DNA from: an uncultured Actinomycetota bacterium
GTDB taxonomy: Bacteria; Actinomycetota; Actinomycetes; JAFAQI01
Assembly: GCA_963770565.1 (NCBI GenBank)
Contig: CAVYQE010000010.1
Location: forward strand, 128,001-192,000
Direction of reading: 5' to 3'
DNA length: 64,000 nucleotides
Shown: positions 23,243 to 33,309 of the stretch, piece by piece
Position numbering within the stretch: position 1 is the first letter of the stretch
Layout of the letters: every line of letters begins with the position of its first letter
Notes under the pieces: generated by a model
Database searches by the model: none
Seen by the model: the letters and a program-made list of their open reading frames with translations, nothing else
Told to the model about the DNA's origin: nothing
Program-made: the position numbers and the translations under genes

Positions 23243-23984
23243 GCACGAAACCGAGACCGCGGCGCAGGGGACCCGGCTGCAGAAGGTGCTGGCGGCGGCT
23301 GGCTTCGGCAGCAGGCGGGCCTGCGAGGCGCTGATCTCGGCCGGCCGGGTGCAGGTCAACGGGCAGACCGCTCGGCTCGGCGCCAGGGTCGACCCCCAGC
23401 ACGACCTGATCGCCCTCGACGGCGCTCAGGTTCCCACCCGCGAGGGCCTGGTCTATCTCGCGACGAACAAGCCTCGCGGCATGCTCTCGACGATGTCCGA
23501 CGAGCGCGGCCGGCCGTGCATTGGCGACCTGGTGGGCGACATGTCGACCCGGCTGCACCATGTGGGACGTCTCGACGCCGACAGCGAAGGGCTGCTCCTG
23601 GTCACGAACGACGGGGCGCTGTCGCATCGGCTGATGCACCCGTCGTTCGAGGTCACCAAGACCTACCTGGTCGAGGTCGAAGGGGTGGTGCCCCGGTCGG
23701 TCACCCGGCAGCTTCGAGCCGGTGTCGAGCTCGAGGACGGCCCGGTCGCGGTGACCGACGTCGACGTCATCGATGCCACGCCGAACCGCAGTGTGCTCGA
23801 GGTGAGCCTGCATGAGGGGCGTAAGCACGTCGTGCGGCGGCTGTTCGAGGAGGTCGGCTATCCGGTGTCCCGCCTGGTGCGGGTGTCGGTGGGCCCGATC
23901 CGGCTGGGCGCACTGAAACCCGGTGGTCGGCGGCACCTGCAACCGGGCGAGGTCCAGGCGCTGTATCGCGCAGTCGGTTTATAG
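23226..23984 (+). CDS. rluB: rRNA pseudouridine synthase (RluB-like)
   Basis: RLQKVLAAAGFGSRR S4, NKPRG, HVGRLDADSEGLLL, EGRKHVVRR. Confidence 0.92.
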   Translation: MPPLAEHETETAAQGTRLQKVLAAAGFGSRRACEALISAGRVQVNGQTARLGARVDPQHDLIALDGAQVPTREGLVYLATNKPRGMLSTMSDERGRPCIGDLVGDMSTRLHHVGRLDADSEGLLLVTNDGALSHRLMHPSFEVTKTYLVEVEGVVPRSVTRQLRAGVELEDGPVAVTDVDVIDATPNRSVLEVSLHEGRKHVVRRLFEEVGYPVSRLVRVSVGPIRLGALKPGGRRHLQPGEVQALYRAVGL

Positions 23985-24019
23985 ACTTATTTCCGAGTAG
24001 ATAAAGGGGAGGTGCGGGC

Positions 24020-24385
24020 ATGGCGGTTCGCGCGCTGCGTGGCGCCACCCAGGTCGAGGCCGACGAGCGGGGCGCCGTCATCGCCGCGACCGCGGAGCTG
24101 GTCGAGGCGGTTCTCGCCCGCAATGGGCTCACGCATGACGCGCTGATCAGCATCATCTTCACGACCACGCCCGATCTGGTTTCGGAGTTCCCGGCGTACG
24201 CCGCCCGCACCATCGGCATCACCGACGTGCCGTTTCTGTGTGCCTCGGAGATCGGAGTTCCCGGCGCGATGGAGCGAGTGATCAGGCTGCTCGCCCTGGT
24301 CGAGGCCGACTTCGGCCGGGCCGACGCCCGGCACGTCTACTTGCACGGGGCGGCCGCGCTTCGCACCGACCTGCCGCGCGACTGA
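24020..24385 (+). CDS. aroH: AroH-class chorismate mutase
   Basis: VRALRGATQV, FTTTPDL, FPAYAAR, HVYLHGAAALRTDL; strong SD GGAGG. Confidence 0.93.
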   Translation: MAVRALRGATQVEADERGAVIAATAELVEAVLARNGLTHDALISIIFTTTPDLVSEFPAYAARTIGITDVPFLCASEIGVPGAMERVIRLLALVEADFGRADARHVYLHGAAALRTDLPRD

Positions 24386-24386
24386 G

Positions 24387-25493
24387 GTGGCCGGGATGGG
24401 GGAGCCGGGGCGGCTGTTGGTGGTCGGATCGGGCCTGATCGGTACGTCGATCGCGCTGGCCGCCCAATCCGCGGGCTACCAAGTCTGGCTGGATGACTCC
24501 GACCCCGACCGGTTGTCGATGGCGGTGTCGATCGGCGCGGGGACCCGGGTGACTCCGGATGCCGGCCGGTTCGACCTTGCGGTGGTCGCGGTGCCGCCTG
24601 CATCGGTGGCCGCGGTCGTCGAGAAGCTGATCGTCTCTGACCTGGCTGCGAGTGTCACCCATGTTGCAAGCTCCCAGCTTCAGCCTCAAGTGGAGGTCGA
24701 GAGAGTGCTGCCGCAGTGCGCTCAGTTCGTCGGGAGCCATCCCGTTGCCGGTCGGGAGCGGAGCGGACCGCACCACGCCACCCCGGATCTCTTCGCTCAG
24801 CGGCCCTGGATCGTGTGCCCGACCGCGCACTCCAGCCACGCGGCAACCACTGCGGTCATCGAGCTGGCGACCAGGTGCGGGGCGGTCGTGACGGTCATGC
24901 CGGCGGCTGCGCACGACGCACTGATCGCCCAGCTGTCTCATGCGCCGCAGCTGGTCGCCTCGGCACTTGCGGGATCGCTACTCGGGCTCGAGCGAGGTGA
25001 GGCGGCACTTGCGGGCAACGGCCTTCGGGACACCTCGCGGCTGGCCGACAGCGACGCCGGCCTCTGGGCCGAGATCATCTCGGCCAACTCCGCGCCGGTC
25101 GCCGCAGCCCTGCACGCGGTGGTCGAGCCGCTCAACGACCTGATCGCGGTCCTCGAGAAAGGCTCGCCGGACGCGACCGCTAGCGCGGTCCACACACTGA
25201 TCACGCGTGGTCGCCACGGACGTGACCTGCTCGCCGGCAAGCACGGGCAGGCGGCTGTGCGCTGGGCCACCGTCGCCGTCGTCGTACCGGACGAGCCGGG
25301 CGCGCTGGCCCGTCTGCTGGTGGACGCCGCCGACGCCGCGGTCAACGTCGAGGACATCCGGGTGGACCATTCACCGGGGCAGCCACTCGGAATCGTCGAG
25401 CTCGACGTAGCACCGGATCGCCATGACTCGCTCGCCGAAGCCCTGGTTCGGCGCGGCTGGGCCGCCACCGCCAGCCCGCCCGCGGCCGACTGA
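24387..25493 (+). CDS. tyrA: prephenate dehydrogenase with C-terminal ACT domain
   Basis: GSGLIGTS, GSHPVAGRERSG, SHAPQL, LRDTSRLA, PDEPGALARL...VNVEDIRVDHS. Confidence 0.92.
   Translation: MAGMGEPGRLLVVGSGLIGTSIALAAQSAGYQVWLDDSDPDRLSMAVSIGAGTRVTPDAGRFDLAVVAVPPASVAAVVEKLIVSDLAASVTHVASSQLQPQVEVERVLPQCAQFVGSHPVAGRERSGPHHATPDLFAQRPWIVCPTAHSSHAATTAVIELATRCGAVVTVMPAAAHDALIAQLSHAPQLVASALAGSLLGLERGEAALAGNGLRDTSRLADSDAGLWAEIISANSAPVAAALHAVVEPLNDLIAVLEKGSPDATASAVHTLITRGRHGRDLLAGKHGQAAVRWATVAVVVPDEPGALARLLVDAADAAVNVEDIRVDHSPGQPLGIVELDVAPDRHDSLAEALVRRGWAATASPPAAD
24685..24701. promoter_or_regulatory. 17-bp motif CTCAAG-TGGAG-GTCGAG inside tyrA
   Basis: Read directly; local codon usage atypical. Confidence 0.5.
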
Positions 25494-25605
25494 CGCTCCC
25501 GCGGTCGTGGCACCCACGCCCAGGCACGCCCGACCCGGCTAGGCTCGGCGCGTGCCCGCGGCAAGCAAGGTGTGCGCCAAGCAGGGGTGAGGTCGAGGAG
25601 GATCG

Positions 25606-26289
25606 GTGCAGCGGCGAGATCTGGTCGTTGCGATCGACGGACCTTCCGGGTCGGGCAAGTCCACGGTCGCGCGTGAGGTCGCCAGCGCCCTGCACCTGCG
25701 CTATCTCGACACCGGCGCGATGTATCGCGCCGTGACCTGGCTGGCGCTGCAGCGAGGAGTCGCCCTTAGTGCCGCCGACCAGCTCGCTGAGCTGGCCGGC
25801 ACCGCCACGCTGACGGTGACGACGGACCCCGCGACACCTGCCATCGTCGCGAACGGCACCGACGTGACTGTAGAGGTCCGGAGCCCAGCAGTGACTGCCG
25901 CGGTCAGTGCCGTCAGCGCCGTACCAGGGGTTCGGGCCGCGATGGTGTCCCGGCAGCGGGAGATCATCGGCGCCGGCGGGATCGTGGTCGAAGGGCGGGA
26001 CATCGGCTCCACCGTGGCGCCCGATGCCGACGTGAAGGTCTTCCTGACCGCGGATCAGGCCACCCGGGCGCTGCGTCGGGCCCGCCAGGACGGGATCGCC
26101 GAGGTGCCGATTGCGCTCGAGTCCACCGAGGCCGACCTTCGGCGGCGGGACGCCGCCGACAGCACTCGGGTCGCATCGCCGCTCAAGCAGGCGCCGGACG
26201 CACTCGTCCTCGACTCCTCGGGGCTCGACATCGACCGGGTGGTGGCGATCATCGTCGAGCGGGCGCAGGCAACGGCGGTGCCGCGATGA
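25606..26289 (+). CDS. cmk: cytidylate kinase
   Basis: AIDGPSGSGKST, YLDTGAMYRA, VEGRDIG, RRDAADS. Confidence 0.96.
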   Translation: MQRRDLVVAIDGPSGSGKSTVAREVASALHLRYLDTGAMYRAVTWLALQRGVALSAADQLAELAGTATLTVTTDPATPAIVANGTDVTVEVRSPAVTAAVSAVSAVPGVRAAMVSRQREIIGAGGIVVEGRDIGSTVAPDADVKVFLTADQATRALRRARQDGIAEVPIALESTEADLRRRDAADSTRVASPLKQAPDALVLDSSGLDIDRVVAIIVERAQATAVPR

Positions 26290-26966
26290 CGAACCTGCTG
26301 GCCCCGGCCAGCAGGCAGCGCAGACGCGACGACCCCACCCGGGAGTCGATCCCGTTGACGACAGCTCGACGCGTGGCGAGGATTCTCCTCAAGCTCATCT
26401 TTAGGTTGAGGATTAGAGGCACTCAAAACCTGCCGTCGAGCGGGCCCGTCCTGCTGGCCGGCAACCACTCCGGCTTCCTGGACGGGCCGATCGTGATGAT
26501 CATGCTGCCCAGGCCCTCGGCGTTCCTGGTGAAGAGCGAGATCTTCAAGGGCCCACTGCGTTTTGTGCTGACATTCGCCCGGCAGATCCCGATCCACCGG
26601 GGCACCCCGGACCGGACCGCGCTGCGCCGCGGGCTCGCCGTGCTGGCCGGCGGTGGTGTGCTCGGGGTGTTCCCGGAAGGGACTCGTGGAAGCGGTGATC
26701 TGGCCACGATCCAGCACGGAATCGGCTATCTCGCCCTCAACGCCCAGTGTCCAGTGGTACCGGTGTTGTGCAAGGGAACTCATGAGGCGTTGCCGAAGGG
26801 CAAGGTGATACCGCGCTGGCGGGCACCGATCGAGGTGGTCTTCGGCCCGGCCTTCATGCTGGACATCCCAGGCGACGTGCGCACCCGCGCGACGATCGCG
26901 GCGGCGGCCGAGCAGGTGCGGGCACACCTGCTCGAGCTCCTCGAGGCCGAGCGGCGCTCGCCATGA
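26286..26966 (+). CDS. lysophospholipid acyltransferase (PlsC-like)
   Basis: NHSGFLD (HX4D), FPEGTR, PVVPV. Confidence 0.92.
   Translation: MTNLLAPASRQRRRDDPTRESIPLTTARRVARILLKLIFRLRIRGTQNLPSSGPVLLAGNHSGFLDGPIVMIMLPRPSAFLVKSEIFKGPLRFVLTFARQIPIHRGTPDRTALRRGLAVLAGGGVLGVFPEGTRGSGDLATIQHGIGYLALNAQCPVVPVLCKGTHEALPKGKVIPRWRAPIEVVFGPAFMLDIPGDVRTRATIAAAAEQVRAHLLELLEAERRSP
26388..26410. promoter_or_regulatory. two overlapping 17-bp motifs (CTCAAG-CTCAT-CTTTAG; CTCATC-TTTAG-GTTGAG) inside the acyltransferase gene
   Basis: Read directly; conspicuous AT-rich patch. Confidence 0.55.
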
Positions 26967-28306
26967 CCGGCGGTGCGGCCGCGCTGCCGGTGGTGGCCGT
27001 CATCGGGCGCCCCAACGTCGGCAAGTCGACGCTGGTGAACCGCGTTCTCGGGCGGCGTGAGGCCGTCGTCGAGGACGTTCCGGGCGTGACCCGGGATCGG
27101 GTGGCGTACGAAACCGAGTGGGCCGGGCGGGCCTTCACGGTGCTAGACACCGGGGGATGGCAGCCGGATGCGCGCGGGCTGGCTGCGCGGGTGGCGGCCG
27201 CCGCCGAGCTCGCGGTCGAGGCCGCTGACGTCGTGGTGCTGGTCGTCGACGCAACGGTTGGGATCACTGAGGTCGACGCGGCCGTGAGCCGGGTGCTGCA
27301 GCGCTCCGGGCGGCCGATCCTCCTCGCCGCCAACAAAGTCGACTCGGCGAAGGCCGAGCCGGAGATCGCCGCGTTGTGGAGACTCGGCGTAGGCCCCCCG
27401 CTTCCGGTCAGTGCTCTGCACGGCCGGGGGAGCGGGGACCTGCTCGACGCCATCGTCGCCGTACTACCCGACGTCGCAGCACCGCTTCCCGACCAGGACG
27501 GCCCGCGCCGAGTCGCCCTGATCGGGCGCCCGAACGTCGGCAAGTCCAGCCTGCTCAACCAGCTGGTCGGCTCGGACCGTGCGCTGGTCGACGCGGAAGC
27601 AGGCACCACCCGCGACCCGGTCGACGCGGTGGTCGATATCGATGGAACGATATGGCGCTTTGTCGACACTGCAGGCCTCCGCAAGCGGGTGCACGAAGCG
27701 ACCGGTGCCGAGTACTACTCGAGCCTGCGGACTTCAGCGGCGATCGACGCGGCCGAGGTCGTGCTGCTTCTGCTCGATGCGTCGGAGTCGATCAGCGACC
27801 AGGACCTGCGGGTCGCCGACAAGGTCGTCGAGGCCGGTCGGGCGCTCGTCGTCGCCATGAACAAGTGGGACCTGGTCGACGATGACCGCCGTGAGCAGCT
27901 CGACCGTGAGCTCGACCGCGACTTCGGCCGGTTCAGCTGGGCGACCCGGCTGAACATCTCCGCCCGGACCGCGCGAGGGGTCAAGCGGATCGCCCCGGCC
28001 CTGGAGGCGGCGTTGGACTCCTGGCAGACCCGGGTGCCGACGGGGGAGTTGAACGCGTACCTCGCGAGCGTCGTCGGCGCTACGCCACCGCCGGTGCGCG
28101 GTGGGAAGCAGCCCAAGATCATGTTCGCGACCCAGCCCGGAGTCGAGCCCCCGAGGTTCGTGCTGTTCACGTCGGGCCCGCTCGAGGCGTCGTACCGACG
28201 GTTCCTCGAGCGCCGCCTGCGCGAGCGCTACGGCTTCGCGGGCTCGCCCATCGATCTGGCCGTCAAAGCCCGCGAGAAGACGAAGCGAACCGCCCGCAGT
28301 CGGTGA
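26963..28306 (+). CDS. der: ribosome biogenesis GTPase Der (EngA)
   Basis: Two G domains (GRPNVGKS twice, DTGG/DTAG, NKVD/NKWD) plus KH-like C-terminus. Confidence 0.97.
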   Translation: MTGGAAALPVVAVIGRPNVGKSTLVNRVLGRREAVVEDVPGVTRDRVAYETEWAGRAFTVLDTGGWQPDARGLAARVAAAAELAVEAADVVVLVVDATVGITEVDAAVSRVLQRSGRPILLAANKVDSAKAEPEIAALWRLGVGPPLPVSALHGRGSGDLLDAIVAVLPDVAAPLPDQDGPRRVALIGRPNVGKSSLLNQLVGSDRALVDAEAGTTRDPVDAVVDIDGTIWRFVDTAGLRKRVHEATGAEYYSSLRTSAAIDAAEVVLLLLDASESISDQDLRVADKVVEAGRALVVAMNKWDLVDDDRREQLDRELDRDFGRFSWATRLNISARTARGVKRIAPALEAALDSWQTRVPTGELNAYLASVVGATPPPVRGGKQPKIMFATQPGVEPPRFVLFTSGPLEASYRRFLERRLRERYGFAGSPIDLAVKAREKTKRTARSR

Positions 28307-28383
28307 ACCGCGCGCCTCGTCGCTGCGTGCTCCGTATCGGCGGCGCAGCCGCGCCCTTGACCCACCGATGAACGGGGCAGCTC

Positions 28384-29235
28384 GTGAGAAACCGCAGCAC
28401 GCTCGGAGCGTCATTTCTGCTCAGCGCCGCCCTGGTGGCGGCCGCCGGCTCGTTGCCCGCGCAGGCCAGCGCGCACTCGAGGGTCCATCACAAGGGGATC
28501 GAGATCTCGACGGTCAAGACCTCGAAGTTCGGCCGGGTCGTATCGAACCAGAAGGGCCGGGTGATGTACCTCTACAGCAAGGACGGCCACAAGGTCTCGC
28601 ACTGCAACGGCGCCTGCGCCGGCGCCTGGCCAAAGGTCACCAGCAGGTTCAAGCCGCGGGCCGAGAACGGCATCAGTGCGAAACATCTGGCCCGGACGAA
28701 GAAGGGTCAGGTCACCTACTACGGCCACCCGCTGTACTACTTCGCCACCGGCACCAAGCCCGGCAACACCAGCGGCGAGAACGTGGCCGGGTTTTTCGTG
28801 GTCTCGCCCCACGGCACGGCGGTCAAGCCAAAGACCAAGAAGCCGACTGGCCCGACCGGCCCGGCCGAGGTCACCACGGGCACCATCTCCACCAACACCG
28901 TTCTGACCACCAGCAAGGGCTTCACCCTTTATGCGTTGACGAACCCCAACGAGAAGACGTCGTACTACTGCACCGCGTCCTGCCTTGGGGTCTGGAAGCC
29001 GTTGCTCACCAAGGGTGCACCGACCGCAGCGGGCAGCGCGATGGGGTCATTGCTGAGCTCGGTCAACCGGTCCGGCGTCGGTGACCAGGTCACCTACAAC
29101 GGCTATCCGCTCTACACCTACACCGGCGATACGGCGGCCGGGCAGGACGACGGAGAAGCGCTCTTCGGGCCCTACTACCCTTATTCCACGCAGTACTGGT
29201 ACGACCTCAAGCCGGACGGTACCTTCATCCTCTAA
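28384..29235 (+). CDS. secreted protein with Y-X4-D repeats (COG4315 / Lipoprotein_15-like)
   Basis: Signal peptide; repeated GxxxYxYxxD, CxGACxxxWP and QVTYxGxPLY units. Confidence 0.85.
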   Translation: MRNRSTLGASFLLSAALVAAAGSLPAQASAHSRVHHKGIEISTVKTSKFGRVVSNQKGRVMYLYSKDGHKVSHCNGACAGAWPKVTSRFKPRAENGISAKHLARTKKGQVTYYGHPLYYFATGTKPGNTSGENVAGFFVVSPHGTAVKPKTKKPTGPTGPAEVTTGTISTNTVLTTSKGFTLYALTNPNEKTSYYCTASCLGVWKPLLTKGAPTAAGSAMGSLLSSVNRSGVGDQVTYNGYPLYTYTGDTAAGQDDGEALFGPYYPYSTQYWYDLKPDGTFIL

Positions 29236-29249
29236 GGCCGGCCGATGAC

Positions 29250-29300
29250 CTTGACGGAGAGGGCGTTCGGAACCCCCTCCTCAGCGCCCTCTCCGTCAAG
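29250..29300. terminator. 16-bp inverted repeat, probable terminator between convergent genes
   Basis: CTTGACGGAGAGGGCG / CGCCCTCTCCGTCAAG starting 15 nt after the stop. Confidence 0.7.
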
Positions 29301-29564
29301 CTTCCGGCCGGTCGAACTCCTCACTCGATCGACTCAACGGGCCCTTGCCGAGAACTTGATCCGCCATCCGGGTGAATCTCCGCACGACGCTCCGATCGGC
29401 GGCCCGCCGTCCCTACGATCGAACGCATGCTGCCGAGCCCACGGCGCAGTGTGCTGGTTGGTCACGCGGTCCGGTTCTGCTGGCAGTTCGTGGCCAACTC
29501 AGCGCTGCTGATCGCCTTCCACCAGTTCATCCTGACCAGCCCGCACTAGCCACGCATTCGCCCG

Positions 29565-30443
29565 TCAGGCTCGCTGGCAGTACACGTTCGCGTGGGTCGT
29601 GCGGCCGTGCCGAACGGTGACCTTGTGCAGCGCGTTGCACGTTCCCTCGCGGCCGTCGATGACGAACTGCGGAGTATGCCCCGCGAACCGGTAGGTGCCG
29701 GCCGGCGCGACGATGCTGAACCTTCCGTTCGGCCCGACCGCGACGATGGAAACCCGTCCGTGCAGGCCGGTCAGAGAGACCACGCCGCGCTGGGTCGCCA
29801 CCGGCGCTCCCGACGGACCGCCGACCGCGAGGAAGCGCCCGACCACCCGCCCGTCACCGCGCGGCACGTCGCGAATGAGCCGCGGGCACTGCGGGGGCAG
29901 ATTGTCCCAGGTCGCCTGAGAGCCGGTCGCGCCGTCGACGATGACTGCGATCCGGAAGTAGGCAACGTGCTGCGGTTGCACAACGTGATAGCCGGCCGGC
30001 GGCGATGGCAACGGCACACACGGTGGCACCGGGATCTGTGCCGTGGACGACCGGTAGATCGCGACCCACGCCAGCCGCCATTCCCGGAAGACCGTGTCCG
30101 CGCTACCCGCGGCCGACCGGGCGAACGGCGCGCGGACCCGGCCGTAGCCGAACGTGATGAGGTCGTTCAGCTGGGCGCCGGTGGGCCAGTTCGCTGGGTG
30201 CTGCACATCGTGGCGGGCCGTGGTCGCGGACACGGTCGGGTGCTGACCCGGAGTCGGCGGGACCGCGAGGAACGGGTTGCTCGCCGACCCGTAGAAGTAG
30301 CCGCTGGTCAGCGGACCGGCGACCGGCGTACCGCCGCCGGATGGGCCGGTCGTCGACCCCGTCACGGCGTGCTGCGTCGTACAGCCGGCAAGCGCCGCGA
30401 GGGCAAGCAGACCAAGCCCGAGGCTGCGCCGACGAGTGGTCAT
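29565..30443 (-). CDS. hypothetical lipoprotein with C-terminal carboxypeptidase-regulatory-like beta domain
   Basis: MTTRRRSLGLGLLALAALAGC lipobox; GRFSIVAPAGTYRF; paired Cys; upstream part of the listed ORF overlaps the tRNA and is excluded. Confidence 0.65.
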   Translation of the reverse strand: MTTRRRSLGLGLLALAALAGCTTQHAVTGSTTGPSGGGTPVAGPLTSGYFYGSASNPFLAVPPTPGQHPTVSATTARHDVQHPANWPTGAQLNDLITFGYGRVRAPFARSAAGSADTVFREWRLAWVAIYRSSTAQIPVPPCVPLPSPPAGYHVVQPQHVAYFRIAVIVDGATGSQATWDNLPPQCPRLIRDVPRGDGRVVGRFLAVGGPSGAPVATQRGVVSLTGLHGRVSIVAVGPNGRFSIVAPAGTYRFAGHTPQFVIDGREGTCNALHKVTVRHGRTTHANVYCQRA

Positions 30444-30508
30444 CACACCTGTTCGACGCGGCTCGAATGTCAACGGTTTCAGGCCAAATGAATCAACAAT
30501 CGCGTCGG

Positions 30509-30582
<74 letters not shown>

Positions 30583-30639
30583 CTGCCGGCGCAGTCTAGT
30601 GCCCGGGCGCTCGCCGGCCGCTGCCTAGACTCCGCCCCA

Positions 30640-31227
30640 ATGACGGAGTCGGAGTCGTCAATCAGCGATCGGGTGTGGACCGTCCCGAACGCACTGTCGG
30701 CGTTGCGCTTGTTCGGCGTACCGCTGTTCCTATGGCTCGCCCTCGGACCCAAGGCAGACGGCTGGGCGGTGATCGTCCTGATGGTGGGCGGGTTCACCGA
30801 CTACCTCGACGGCAAGATCGCCCGCCGGTTCAACCTGACGTCGCGACTCGGCGCGATGTTGGACCCGGCGGCCGACCGGCTCTACATCCTCGCGACGCTG
30901 GTCGCGCTGACTGTGCGGGGGATCGTCCCGATCTGGCTGTCGGCAGGCATCGTCGGGCGCGACCTGGTGCTGGCCGGCGGACTCCTGGTGCTGCGGCGGC
31001 ACGGGCATCCGCCACCGGAGGTCACCTGGCTCGGCAAGGCGGCAACTCTCAACCTGCTGTACGCGTTCCCGCTCCTGTTGCTGTCGGTCGGGCCGGACAC
31101 GTTCGACCACATCGTCCGGCCGCTGGCCTGGACCTTCACCGTGTGGGGGACCTGGCTGTATGTCTGGTCGGGCTGGCAGTACCTCGTGGACGAGCGTCGC
31201 CTGATCGCGGGTCCGCCGGCTCGCTAG
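30640..31227 (+). CDS. CDP-alcohol phosphatidyltransferase
   Basis: TVPNALSALR, DYLDGKIARR...LGAMLDPAAD signature. Confidence 0.93.
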   Translation: MTESESSISDRVWTVPNALSALRLFGVPLFLWLALGPKADGWAVIVLMVGGFTDYLDGKIARRFNLTSRLGAMLDPAADRLYILATLVALTVRGIVPIWLSAGIVGRDLVLAGGLLVLRRHGHPPPEVTWLGKAATLNLLYAFPLLLLSVGPDTFDHIVRPLAWTFTVWGTWLYVWSGWQYLVDERRLIAGPPAR

Positions 31228-31432
31228 CCGCACCGATCTCCGTTTCAGCACACAACGCTCGTCGTGGCGAGGGTGATGTGTGGCTGGGCGTCCGATTTGG
31301 CGTGGGTTAGGGCCGGCGTGTGTGCTGAAGCGGGCGGGGCAGGGCGCCTTGCGGTCGGCTTCGGCGGCTCGTTACGCTCGCCCGACCGCACCCGCGAGCA
31401 CCGAGCGCCATGCCGACACCAGGAGTGACCAC

Positions 31433-31819
31433 GTGGTTCCGCAGGATCTCAGCTACACCGCCGAGCACGAGTGGGCCCGCGACCAGGGTGACGGCACTAT
31501 CCAAGTCGGGATCACCGACTTCGCCCAGGACGCGCTGGGCGACGTGGTGTTCGTGTCGCTGCCCGCGCTCGGCACCCAGGTCACCGCGGGCCAGGTGCTC
31601 GGCGAGGTCGAGTCGACCAAGAGCGTGTCCGAGATCTACGCGCCCTTCGATGGCGAGGTGGTGGCGCGCAACGACGAGCTCGAGGCCCGGCCCGAGCTGC
31701 TCAACTCCGATGCGTACGGCGAGGGCTGGATCGTCGCGATCCGCCCGCCTGCGGACCGCGGGTTCCCCGAGCTGCTCGACGCGGCCGCCTACGAAGCGCT
31801 GATCGCCACCGACTCCTGA
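31433..31819 (+). CDS. gcvH: glycine cleavage system H protein
   Basis: YTAEHEW, VGITDFAQDALGD, lipoyl site ESTKSVS, NSDAYGEGW; SD AGGAG. Confidence 0.96.
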   Translation: MVPQDLSYTAEHEWARDQGDGTIQVGITDFAQDALGDVVFVSLPALGTQVTAGQVLGEVESTKSVSEIYAPFDGEVVARNDELEARPELLNSDAYGEGWIVAIRPPADRGFPELLDAAAYEALIATDS

Positions 31820-31871
31820 GATCGGGCCCGGTTGACCTGCGTTGCACCCGACGTCTAGCGTGCGGTTCTAC

Positions 31872-31888
31872 CTACACCTGTGGTTGAG
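31872..31888. promoter_or_regulatory. 17-bp motif CTACAC-CTGTG-GTTGAG upstream of the garA-ftsR operon
   Basis: Read directly; placed like an autoregulatory operator. Confidence 0.5.
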
Positions 31889-31941
31889 GCTTTCGGGTCC
31901 CTGACCGCATCCATAACGTCAGGATCAGGACAATCGAGCTC

Positions 31942-32451
31942 ATGGCCAGCGTGTTTTGCGAGAACTGCGGTCACCAGAACCCGGCCGACAGCCACTTCTG
32001 TGCCCGGTGTGGCGCCGCGCTGAGCCAGCCGGCCGAGGAGCCGACCAGCAGCGACCAGACCTCCACGATCTCCCTCGCCGGGCTGGACGTCGACGACCAC
32101 GACGACCTTGCCGAAGACCTGCTCGGGGAGAGCCTGCCGGCCGGTTTCGCGCTGCTCGTCGTTCAGCGCGGCCCGAACGCCGGCAGCCGATTCCTGCTCG
32201 ACAAGGAGCTCACGACCGCGGGGCGCCACCCGGACAGCGACATCTTCCTCGACGACGTGACGGTCTCCCGGAGGCACGCGGAGTTCACCCGGACCGAGGA
32301 CGGCTTCGTGGTCTCCGATGTCGGCAGCCTCAACGGCACCTATCTCAACCGTGAGCGGATCGAGCGCGCCCTGGTCCGCAACGGCGACGAGGTCCAGGTC
32401 GGCAAATTCCGTCTGCTGTTCTTCACCAGCCTCCCCGGGGCCACGTCATGA
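31942..32451 (+). CDS. garA: FHA-domain protein GarA/OdhI-like with N-terminal zinc ribbon
   Basis: CENC...CARC ribbon, DQTSTI, GRHPDSDIFLDDVTVSRRHA, GSLNGTY. Confidence 0.88.
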   Translation: MASVFCENCGHQNPADSHFCARCGAALSQPAEEPTSSDQTSTISLAGLDVDDHDDLAEDLLGESLPAGFALLVVQRGPNAGSRFLLDKELTTAGRHPDSDIFLDDVTVSRRHAEFTRTEDGFVVSDVGSLNGTYLNRERIERALVRNGDEVQVGKFRLLFFTSLPGATS

Positions 32452-32479
32452 ACGTGCTGTTCGCCTGCCGGGGCCATCG

Positions 32480-33220
32480 ATGAGCGCCGCGAGCAACGCC
32501 TCTCACGCGTTCATGAGCATCGGGGAGGTCCTCGGCCAGCTGCGGGCCGAGTTCCCCGACGTCACGATCTCCAAGATCCGCTTCCTCGAGTCCGAGGGTC
32601 TGGTCGAGCCGGCCCGCACCTCCTCGGGCTATCGCAAGTTCTCCCGGGACGACGTCGGCCGGCTGCGCTACGTCCTTGCTGCGCAGCGCGACAACTACCT
32701 GCCGTTGCGAGTCATCAAAGGGCACCTCGAGGCGATCGACCGCGGCCTGCAACCCGCGGCCAACAGTCAGCTCACCCCGCAGGTGCCGCGGGCCCGGGCC
32801 GAGAGTGACGGGCTGCCCGACGCGGACGACTTCATGCCGGAGGCATCTGAGCTAAGACTGTCGCGCCAGGAGCTCCTCGATGCCGCCGACATCGACGGCG
32901 AGCTGCTGAGCCAGATCGAGGGTTTCGGCCTCGTCACGCCCGGCCCGAGCGGCCACTACGACGGAGACGCGCTGGTGATCGTCAAGACGGTCGCGGAGAT
33001 GAGCCGGTTCGGGTTGGAACCTCGCCATCTCCGGTCGTTCCGCACGACTGCCGAGCGCGAAATCGGCCTGGTCGAGCAGGTGGTGTCGCCCCTCGTCCGG
33101 CAGCGAAACCCCGAGGCACGGGGCCGTGCGGACGAAGTCGCACGCGAGTTGGCCAGCCTGTCGGTGCGGCTGCACACGACCCTGGTCCGCTCCGGCCTGC
33201 GCCCGCAACTGCGGGGATAG
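32480..33220 (+). CDS. ftsR: MerR-family regulator, FtsR/Rv1828-like
   Basis: MSIGEVL...EFPDVTISKIRFLESEGL...RTSSGYRKF; directly downstream of garA as in Corynebacterium and Mycobacterium. Confidence 0.8.
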   Translation: MSAASNASHAFMSIGEVLGQLRAEFPDVTISKIRFLESEGLVEPARTSSGYRKFSRDDVGRLRYVLAAQRDNYLPLRVIKGHLEAIDRGLQPAANSQLTPQVPRARAESDGLPDADDFMPEASELRLSRQELLDAADIDGELLSQIEGFGLVTPGPSGHYDGDALVIVKTVAEMSRFGLEPRHLRSFRTTAEREIGLVEQVVSPLVRQRNPEARGRADEVARELASLSVRLHTTLVRSGLRPQLRG

Positions 33221-33309
33221 CCGGGCGGGCCCCGATTCGGCCCATACCGACCACCCGCGGCCCGGTGTAGTTTCTGAAGGAGGAGTCGGAGCGCGGAGCG
33301 GAGTCAGTG

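Noticed and set aside
29245-29511. 88-aa ORF after the secreted repeat gene
   Set aside because: Runs through the terminator hairpin and has no recognisable features
28310-30508. Integrated element at tRNA-Pro
   Set aside because: No integrase and no duplicated tRNA 3' end seen
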